DNA of 64,000 nucleotides, taken from positions 4,821 to 68,820 of IMG/VR virus record IMGVR_UViG_3300036806_000484; one strand, 5' to 3'. Source of the stretch: a virus. The stretch's first letter is position 1, and every line of letters begins with the position of its first letter. A program made the translations under genes and the position numbers. Of the stretch, positions 36,195-43,225 are shown one piece after another. The notes beneath the pieces were generated by a model. The model saw nothing but the letters and a program-made list of their open reading frames with translations. It was not told the origin of the DNA and made no database searches.

Positions 36195-37517
36195 TTAATA
36201 ATTTGGCACGGCATCGAAGTCGGCGGTGGTCACGTCCGGCGTCGAAATGCCGGTCAGTGCTCCGTTGGCCCCGCGGTGGTTGGAGAAGAACTGCACGTAG
36301 TCCACCACGAAGGCTTCCTTCCCGTCGTAGTCCATGATCCGCTGCCACATGGAGCCATCCTCGCCCCAGAAGTCCGCCTGGGCTCCGAGCGGAACGCGGT
36401 ACAACCGTTCCTTGTTCAGCGTGACCATGGCGTTGTGGTAGAAGAAGTGGTCCTGGACGAAGTCGACGTTGGCGATCCGGACGCCGGAGTACCCGCCGTC
36501 CAGATTCCCGCCGCTGTAGCTGGCGTTCATCTGGAAGCCCATGAGGCTGCGGGCCAGCTGCGCGATCGGCGCGGGGTGGCTCAGCGCCACGTCCGTGCCT
36601 GCCGTGACGTCGAAGCCACGCTTCGCGGCGAGCTTCAGCCAGAATTCCGTCACCTCGAGATGGTCGAACGTCACCGAGGCCTTCCGGAACGGCTTCCACC
36701 GCTGATACGTGCCCTCGGCGATGTTGAACACCGTCGTCGCCGCAGCGGCCGGATCCACGATGGTTCCGACACCGTTCGGCGCCAGGTTGCGCTCGAGGGT
36801 GAAGTAGTCCTTCGTGCTGTCCGTCGTCGTGGCGAAGTAGATCAGGTCGTCCGCGGCGATCTGGGCCGAAGGCTCCCAGGTCGTCGCTGACGCCATCGTG
36901 ATCGTGTTGTTGACGTAGTCGATGCTCGAGATCTTCCCCGAACCGCCCACGCCGACGGCGCTGACATCGTACCAGCCGATGATCGAGCCTTCGGAGAGGT
37001 GCTGGATCGGGTTGGTGCCCGAGTTTCCGTAGCCGCTCTTGAGCACGACGACCGTGCTCGAGGTGCGGGAGGAGCACTTGCACACCAGGCCGGTCGAGTC
37101 GCCGATCGAGTGGCGGATCTCCATCGAGGCCCACGAATCCCAGAGCTGATCGAAGATTCGCTGGGCGAGATCCTCGAACGCGCCGGGACCGCTGGCACGC
37201 TTCTCGACGAAGTTGTCCACCGCAAGCCGAGCGTAGCGCCGGATCGGGGTGATCTTGCCCTGGACGGCGTCCATCGGGACATGGTCGGGGAGTTTCCCGT
37301 CCGTGCCGAGGGCGCCAGTCTTGAAGCGGAGGTCCGTCGCAAAGACCATGTTCTGGCCCTCGAGGCGGTAGTCGCCCTTGCCCGCTTCCTGGAAGAGCAT
37401 GGCGGTCTTCGACTCGCGCTTGACGTCGTTTTCCACCTGCCCGACGAAGATGTCGTGCGTCAGGCCCGTCAGGGCGCTGATCAGATCGACATTTGCCTGT
37501 TGGCTGCCGAGTGACAT
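36195..37517 (-). CDS. Major capsid protein
   Basis: 440 aa, directly after portal and scaffold; capsid-like C-terminus (NHRGANGALTGI). Confidence 0.75.
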   Translation of the reverse strand: MSLGSQQANVDLISALTGLTHDIFVGQVENDVKRESKTAMLFQEAGKGDYRLEGQNMVFATDLRFKTGALGTDGKLPDHVPMDAVQGKITPIRRYARLAVDNFVEKRASGPGAFEDLAQRIFDQLWDSWASMEIRHSIGDSTGLVCKCSSRTSSTVVVLKSGYGNSGTNPIQHLSEGSIIGWYDVSAVGVGGSGKISSIDYVNNTITMASATTWEPSAQIAADDLIYFATTTDSTKDYFTLERNLAPNGVGTIVDPAAAATTVFNIAEGTYQRWKPFRKASVTFDHLEVTEFWLKLAAKRGFDVTAGTDVALSHPAPIAQLARSLMGFQMNASYSGGNLDGGYSGVRIANVDFVQDHFFYHNAMVTLNKERLYRVPLGAQADFWGEDGSMWQRIMDYDGKEAFVVDYVQFFSNHRGANGALTGISTPDVTTADFDAVPNY

Positions 37518-37561
37518 TGTTGACTCCCGCGCCGGCTAGGCCGGCGACCGTGATTTCTCCG

Positions 37562-38848
37562 TTAGGTGCCTGGGGATGCGAACCGTCGCCCGATTTCGGC
37601 GGCGTTCGCGCGATTGGTCCGGCGAACCTGACCGGCGGTCCCAGTCCCTTCCTCACGGCCAGCAGCTGCCGGCGGCGAGGCCACGGGTGCGGGCGCTCCG
37701 GGAATGCGGCTCGTCGCGGCGGCGGCGATCTTCCCCAGCGGACTGAGCGGGGGCTGACCAGCCCTGCGAGTGGCCTGCTGCTTGATGAACTCCTCGACGG
37801 CCTCTTTCCGGAGGCGGTCGTCCCGCGCCTTCAATTCCGCGGCCGTCATGGCGACGGAATCCTTACCCTTCTCGAGTGCCGCCTTCGCGGCGGAGAAAGC
37901 CTGCACAACCGATGGCTGGTTCTTCAGGATGTCCCCGAAGAACAGCTTGAACGCCGTCACCATCTCGTCCCGGTTGGTGACGTTCACGCCAGCGATCTGG
38001 TGGCCCAGCTGAAGTTCGGACTCGAAGGACTCGAGCGCCGCGTCGAACCAGCCCTTGAACTGCGGCAGCGCCGTCACGGCCGGGTTGATCTGGTTCACGT
38101 CGACCCACATCTCGCTCATGAAGCGCACCGCCGCGCGGCCCTCGCGCTCGGTCTGCGCCTCGGAGGTCATCTTGCTGACCTCGTCCTTCATCAGCGATTC
38201 AAGGCTGCGGTCGAGCCCGGCCAGATACTGGTCGGCGTCCTCGTCCCCATACTGCTCGCGGATCTCCGCGGCGCGCTGCATAGCGGCCTGGTACTTCGGG
38301 TCCTTCGCGAGCTTCTCGCCCGCGATCTGCCGCGCCTTTATGGTGATCAACTCGCTCTGGAGTTTCTGGTTCGACTGATCGAGCTCGGACAGTTCGCGCG
38401 GGCGCACATACGTCCCGTTGATCATGGCGCGCGTGGCGTCGGCCTGCTCCTGGGTCTGGAACTCGTAGGTGACGGCCTTGCCCCGCGCCGCAGGGTGCTC
38501 GGCAGGCAGTTCGACCCTGAAGGTCTTCGGCGCCTCGGCCGCCGGTGCGGCTGGGGCGGCAGGAGCGCCAGCTGCGGGCGCGCCGGACTTCGCCTCTCCC
38601 TCGCCGGCCTTGGGCTCGGCAATGAGCTCCTCGCTGCCACCCACGGCCTCGAAGGCCTTCCGGGCGATGTCGCCCAGGCCCGAGCGCGCGTCGCGCTTCG
38701 AGCGGGGGCCCTGCGGTTCGGCGGCCGGCGCAGGTGCGGCTGCTGGCTCTGCGGCGGCTGGCGCGGCTGCTGGCTCCGCGGCCCCGGCATCAGCGGGGGC
38801 GGCGGGTTCGGCTACGGCGGCTGCGCCTTCGTCTGCAAGCATGGTCAT
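37562..38848 (-). CDS. Capsid scaffolding protein
   Basis: AEPAA-repeat N-terminus and helical acidic core; between portal and capsid. Confidence 0.65.
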   Translation of the reverse strand: MTMLADEGAAAVAEPAAPADAGAAEPAAAPAAAEPAAAPAPAAEPQGPRSKRDARSGLGDIARKAFEAVGGSEELIAEPKAGEGEAKSGAPAAGAPAAPAAPAAEAPKTFRVELPAEHPAARGKAVTYEFQTQEQADATRAMINGTYVRPRELSELDQSNQKLQSELITIKARQIAGEKLAKDPKYQAAMQRAAEIREQYGDEDADQYLAGLDRSLESLMKDEVSKMTSEAQTEREGRAAVRFMSEMWVDVNQINPAVTALPQFKGWFDAALESFESELQLGHQIAGVNVTNRDEMVTAFKLFFGDILKNQPSVVQAFSAAKAALEKGKDSVAMTAAELKARDDRLRKEAVEEFIKQQATRRAGQPPLSPLGKIAAAATSRIPGAPAPVASPPAAAGREEGTGTAGQVRRTNRANAAEIGRRFASPGT

Positions 38849-38914
38849 CCTCGCTACGTGTGTCGGGGTGCGGCGGCGCGGCGTTCGCGACGCTCACCGG
38901 TCCCCCGGTAACAG

Positions 38915-41344
38915 CTACCGCGCGGTCGAAGCCACCAACGGCGCGGGGTTGCTCGGTCTCGTCGGAGGGACGTGCTGCCCTCCGCTCAGAACTTGCGCGG
39001 CGATGCCGCGCCGATCGATGGGACTACCAGTTCGAGCCGGCTGCCCCGGCGCGGGGGGAGGACCAGCCGGTGCGCCCGGCGCCCCAGCGGCACGACGCCC
39101 GTTCTGGGCTGGCGGCTGGGCCTGGTCATCCGTGATCCCCTCGTCGGCCATGACCTTGTCGAGCTGGCTCTGGGTCAGGTCCTGACCCTTCAGGGCGAGG
39201 TTGACGGTCATCGGCTGTGGCTGCGCGCCGCCGCCGGCCATCTGCTGCTGCCACTGGAAGTAGAGTTGCTGCCTGAGCTTGGCGGCGATGCGCGCCACCG
39301 GATCGGCCGTCTCGTCCTGGGTGATCTCGGACAGAGCGGCCAGATGGGAGGCGAGGTCGTCGTCCTGGAGCCGGGGATACCGGGACTCGAGGATCATGAA
39401 CAACTGCTGCGCCGCCTTCGCGACATTCGGGCTGGCGATGTTGTCGTCGTTCATGCCGGTGCGCGTGCGGTACGTCTCCGCGAGGAAAAGGATCTGGGCG
39501 GAGATCGTCTTGGCGCGCCGGCGCGCGACGGTGCCTGGATCGCCGGCGTCATCGAAGATCGAGTGGTCCGGGTACGCCTTACGGGCCTCGGGGGTGAGCA
39601 GGAAGGGCTTGCCGTCCGCGCCCTTGGTCTGCATCAGCTCGAGGATTTCCTGCGCGCGAAGTTCGGGGCTGGCCCCGAAGGCGTTCACCAGCTTGTAGTT
39701 GGGCGGGGTGTCTGAGAGCTTTGTCCAGTCGACCCACGGCTCCGCGAGGTAGGCCCAGTTGTCTCCGGTCGCCTTCAGCGCCATTCCGACGTCGCCATAC
39801 GCCTTGAACTGCTTCCAGCAGCCGCGGGCGAAATCACACGCCGCGCGCCTGAATCGCAGGTTCACCGGACCATGGATCGAGTTGTCGGCCTGCTGGAGCG
39901 CCACGATCGCCCGGTAGGCGATGCGGGATCCCGGGGCCTCGCCGCGCGACGCGGCTTGGTATCCGCCGGCAGAGTAGATCGCCTGGCGCAGGTCTCTGAT
40001 CTCGGCATCGAGGCCGGTCAGGATCTCGACCGGGAACCTCATCATCTCTGGGCGCCACGCGCCCGCGCTCGGCTCGATCTCGAGTATCTGGTAGCCGCCG
40101 ATGTCGGCCATGTCGCCGTCGATCGCGCCCGCAGGCGAGACGATCGGCGCGTCCATCATGCGGTTGATGGCTTCCCACCGCTTGGACTTGGCGATGTTGA
40201 GGTCGACCTGGAGCGGATCGAGGTCGCCCACCCACGGCGCCCCGTGGATGTCGTTGCCGCGGTGGTGGGAGTAGAAGTTGGTCAGCGAGAAGTCGGCACC
40301 CGGTAGCTCCTGGTCGGCCAGCGCGACCGCAGCGCTCGCCCGGCCCTGGCCGCGGAGCAGATCCACCGCGCCCGGGACGGCCACGATCTGGAGCCGGCCG
40401 CGCGGGTAGTCCGTCAGCACCCCGGGAGCGGTCTCCCGGCAGATTATGACGATCTGCTCTTCTTCCTCCGGGTCGCCGCGCCGGTACGATGTGACCGGGC
40501 TGCCGTGCACGTTCAGGCCCATCATGTTCCAGTTACGTGCGATACGCTGGAATTCGGCCACCGACGGGATCCGCATCGTCCCTTCGAGCGTCCTGGACTC
40601 CGGGATGTGGTCGAAGGCCTGCTTCACCAAGCTGAGTGGCAGCACCCGCCCGTATGAGGTCCAGATCCACGACCCGCGCTTGGCGCCGCGATCGAAAACG
40701 GTGTCGAAGGGGTTCCCGAGCCAGCAATCGATCATCCCAGCGCCAATCGGCTGGATCATCTGTCCGCCGGCGCTCTGCTGGTCGCCATAAGCGATCGGTT
40801 CGTAGAGGTCGTTCCCATCCTCGCGCCAGTACCGGTGCACCGGGCAGAACCCGGCAGGCACGCCCATGAACATCGCGTCAGCGAACAGGCTATTGAGGTC
40901 CTGCTCGTCGGCGATCGTGTTCATCATCAGCGTGTCTACGAGGGCCTTCTGGCGGGACTTACGGTCGGAGCGGGCGTCGGTGTAGTAGTTGAGCGGCATC
41001 GTCGTGTGGTGCGCCACGGCGTTCTCGACGACCACGCGCAGGATGTTCTCGGTCTTCCGGAACTCCGAGACCATCCGCGGGATCTCGACGCGGGCGCCGT
41101 AGACGATGTCGGCCCACTGGAATTCACCGCCGTCGATGTGCAGGAGGTACTTCTCGCTGAGCAGGTCCCGCTCGCGCCGCGCCTGAAGCCCGGCCTGGTG
41201 CGCCTCGACAACCCGTCGCGCATCATCCGCTTTCGAGCGCCTGCCCAGGGCGTCCACTTGGTTCGAACTGGGCATGGGTGACACCACCGGCGGAGGCGGT
41301 GCTGGGCGCTGCGGTTGCTGGATGAGAGCCGGCGCTGCGGTCAT
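38915..41344 (-). CDS. Portal protein
   Basis: 809 aa; first gene after a late promoter; VGDLDPLQVDLN..KS block and Q/P-rich C-terminal tail typical of podovirus portals. Confidence 0.8.
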   Translation of the reverse strand: MTAAPALIQQPQRPAPPPPVVSPMPSSNQVDALGRRSKADDARRVVEAHQAGLQARRERDLLSEKYLLHIDGGEFQWADIVYGARVEIPRMVSEFRKTENILRVVVENAVAHHTTMPLNYYTDARSDRKSRQKALVDTLMMNTIADEQDLNSLFADAMFMGVPAGFCPVHRYWREDGNDLYEPIAYGDQQSAGGQMIQPIGAGMIDCWLGNPFDTVFDRGAKRGSWIWTSYGRVLPLSLVKQAFDHIPESRTLEGTMRIPSVAEFQRIARNWNMMGLNVHGSPVTSYRRGDPEEEEQIVIICRETAPGVLTDYPRGRLQIVAVPGAVDLLRGQGRASAAVALADQELPGADFSLTNFYSHHRGNDIHGAPWVGDLDPLQVDLNIAKSKRWEAINRMMDAPIVSPAGAIDGDMADIGGYQILEIEPSAGAWRPEMMRFPVEILTGLDAEIRDLRQAIYSAGGYQAASRGEAPGSRIAYRAIVALQQADNSIHGPVNLRFRRAACDFARGCWKQFKAYGDVGMALKATGDNWAYLAEPWVDWTKLSDTPPNYKLVNAFGASPELRAQEILELMQTKGADGKPFLLTPEARKAYPDHSIFDDAGDPGTVARRRAKTISAQILFLAETYRTRTGMNDDNIASPNVAKAAQQLFMILESRYPRLQDDDLASHLAALSEITQDETADPVARIAAKLRQQLYFQWQQQMAGGGAQPQPMTVNLALKGQDLTQSQLDKVMADEGITDDQAQPPAQNGRRAAGAPGAPAGPPPAPGQPARTGSPIDRRGIAAQVLSGGQHVPPTRPSNPAPLVASTAR

Positions 41345-41360
41345 GCACCTCCCACAACGA

Positions 41361-41403
41361 GAAAAAGCCCCGAGGCGCCTGATGGTTCAGGCGACCCAGA
41401 GCC
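41361..41403 (-). terminator. Terminator-like hairpin in the portal 5' leader
   Basis: GGCTCTGGGTCGCCTGAACCATCAGGCGCCTCGGGGC followed by TTTTT. Confidence 0.55.
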
Positions 41404-41486
41404 TTGATCAGCAGTCCGCCGTGCTGGCGGAGGCCTCGAGGAGTCCGGACTACGTTCTGCGTTAAATCAGATGAGCGACGTTGGCG

Positions 41487-41517
41487 AACTTAGGGACTTG
41501 ATGGGCATGAGGTCAAG
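41487..41517 (-). promoter_or_regulatory. Promoter TTGACC-N18-TAAGTT for the portal/capsid operon
   Basis: Shares CTTGACCTCA with the promoter at 51954-51984; inverted repeat ACTTGA-N11-TCAAGT overlaps the -35. Confidence 0.55.
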
Positions 41518-41622
41518 TTTTCCACGCATGAGGGCCCCCAGCTCGCTACCGCCGGAGGCCCGTTCTTCGCTTCGCTCAAGCTACTCTCGGGTGGGTTTTC
41601 TGGCCCCTCAGCAAGGTACGAA

Positions 41623-41695
41623 TGGCGGGGGCTGGACTTGAACCAGCGACCTCCGGGATATGAGCCCGGCGAGCTACCAACTGCTCCACCCCGCT
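41623..41695 (-). tRNA. tRNA-fMet (CAT), initiator type
   Basis: AGCGGGGTGGAGCAGTTGGTAGCTCGCCGGGCTCATATCCCGGAGGTCGCTGGTTCAAGTCCAGCCCCCGCCA; 1:72 mismatch, three G-C pairs closing the anticodon stem; no encoded CCA. Confidence 0.95.
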
Positions 41696-41718
41696 ACGGT
41701 GTTCCCGCTACCAGTGAG

Positions 41719-41791
41719 TCGCGGCGGTCGGACTCGAACCGACGGCCCCCTGCTCCCAAGGCAGGTGCTCTGCCAACTGAGCTACGCCACG
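41719..41791 (-). tRNA. tRNA-Pro (TGG)
   Basis: Canonical cloverleaf, anticodon arm CCTGC-CTTGGGA-GCAGG. Confidence 0.95.
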
Positions 41792-41898
41792 AAGGATTAA
41801 CGTGGCGGTCGGGGGAAGGGCGCGCGTCTCACGCGCTGAAAATGGGGAACAGCATCTGACGGCGCAATGGTCGGCCGCCCCGGAACCTTACCTGTGCG

Positions 41899-42060
41899 TC
41901 AGGAGGGCCGGGGCGGCGCGTGTTCGGGAGGGCGGTGCGGATTCATGGTGGCGTAGACACTGCCGCCGGCACGCTGGCAGTCGCGTGCAATCTCAAGAAA
42001 CCACGCGTCATGCATCAGCGAGAACTCTTCGGTGATCAGGATGATCCGGGCGCCAAGCAT
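41899..42060 (-). CDS. Possible small hypothetical protein (53 aa)
   Basis: MLGARIILITEEFSLMHDAWFLEIARDCQRAGGSVYATMNP...; AGGA upstream. Confidence 0.35.
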   Translation of the reverse strand: MLGARIILITEEFSLMHDAWFLEIARDCQRAGGSVYATMNPHRPPEHAPPRPS

Positions 42061-42069
42061 GACCGAATC

Positions 42070-42276
42070 CTACCGGCCACTCGTTTCTCCTGCAAGGCTG
42101 GGCAGGTCCGACGGCTGGCGCTGACGGGAATCCTTGATCGTTCGTACAGCGCCACCGACGCAGTTTAGTTCGATCGATCCCGTGAATCCCGAAATGAGCA
42201 GGCGCGCGACCTCGGCGAGGGCGGCTCTCGTCCCCTCCGAAAGCTTCGACGGATCGATCGCCTGCTCCGCGCTCAC
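42070..42276 (-). CDS. Small hypothetical protein (YezD/DUF2292-like pattern)
   Basis: GFTGSIELNCVGGAV pattern; coupled to groES. Confidence 0.55.
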   Translation of the reverse strand: MSAEQAIDPSKLSEGTRAALAEVARLLISGFTGSIELNCVGGAVRTIKDSRQRQPSDLPSLAGETSGR

Positions 42277-42593
42277 CGCTTGATGACCGCCATGACGTCA
42301 GCCTCGCGGATGATCAGCACCGGCTTCTCGTCGACGGTAACCTCGGTTCCGCTGTATTTACCAAACAAGACGCGGTCCCCCTTCTTGAGGTCCATCGGCA
42401 CCAGCACCCCGTTCTCCGTCCTCCGGCCCGGGCCCACCGCCAGAATCTCGCCCTCCTGTTGCTTCTCCTGGGCCACGTCCGGGATGTGGATCCCGCCCCT
42501 CGACATCTCCGCCTGCTTGACCGGCAGCACGATCATCCGGTCCCCGGTCGGCTCCAACCGCGCCGCTGACTTTTGCTTCGGGATCGACTTCAC
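42273..42593 (-). CDS. groES: Co-chaperonin GroES
   Basis: LEPTGDRMIV, SRGGIHIPD, AVGPG, KGDRVLFGKYSGTEV, IIREADVMAVI; GTG start after AGAGGAGG. Confidence 0.95.
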   Translation of the reverse strand: MKSIPKQKSAARLEPTGDRMIVLPVKQAEMSRGGIHIPDVAQEKQQEGEILAVGPGRRTENGVLVPMDLKKGDRVLFGKYSGTEVTVDEKPVLIIREADVMAVIKR

Positions 42594-42879
42594 TGTTCCG
42601 CGCCTCCTCTGGAAGTAGGTGTCGCTTCTCATACGCTATCATCGCGGCCTCGTGCCAGCCCTGCACCAGGAGCCACAGCTTCTTGTACCACGGCAGCTCA
42701 AGGTACTCCACGCGCCGGCGCAGGCCGGCAACGTAGTCTCGGTCATAGGCCGCCATCGAGAGGGCCATGGAGTGACCCTGTTCGACGCGGAACTCGTGCA
42801 TCACCCGATTCATGTACGCCTCGAGCTTGTGCACGCGGACGGTCTTTTGCTGCGGCCTATCGTGGTGGTTCGGCACCAT
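42358..42879 (-). CDS. Hypothetical protein; 3' end overlaps groES
   Basis: First ~95 aa protein-like (LELPWYKKLW); the remainder is an out-of-frame read of groES. Confidence 0.45.
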   Translation of the reverse strand: MVPNHHDRPQQKTVRVHKLEAYMNRVMHEFRVEQGHSMALSMAAYDRDYVAGLRRRVEYLELPWYKKLWLLVQGWHEAAMIAYEKRHLLPEEARNSEVDPEAKVSGAVGADRGPDDRAAGQAGGDVEGRDPHPGRGPGEATGGRDSGGGPGPEDGERGAGADGPQEGGPRLVW

Positions 42880-43225
42880 TTCCCCCGTTGTCTTCTAGTT
42901 CGTCGTATTGCTGCCACACCGGCTTCGGCGTCATCGCCTCGCGCTTGATCGCTTCCCATGACTCGCCGGCAAGGTGGCGCTTGTAGGCCTCGTTGCGCTG
43001 CGCGCGCCGGATACTCGGATCCGCAAAGGCGTTGAGATGCTCGGCCAGGTCGTCGGGCATCGACTCGATTTTCTTTCGTGGCTCGCGCGGGACCTCGGCT
43101 AGGCCGTGCTCGGCGCGGTCGACGCGCTTGACGTGGTCGAGCAGTTTGCCGTTCTGCTCGATCAGCCGATCGCGCTCGCCGCAAACGGCCTCGAAGGCGC
43201 CACGCGACACCCAAGGCCACTTCAT
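42857..43225 (-). CDS. Hypothetical protein
   Basis: 122 aa, ATGA-coupled to terL. Confidence 0.7.
   Translation of the reverse strand: MKWPWVSRGAFEAVCGERDRLIEQNGKLLDHVKRVDRAEHGLAEVPREPRKKIESMPDDLAEHLNAFADPSIRRAQRNEAYKRHLAGESWEAIKREAMTPKPVWQQYDELEDNGGNGAEPPR

Noticed and set aside
42358-42593. Functional dual coding over groES
   Set aside because: The overlapping tail is low-complexity shadow sequence, more likely a lost stop or an indel.
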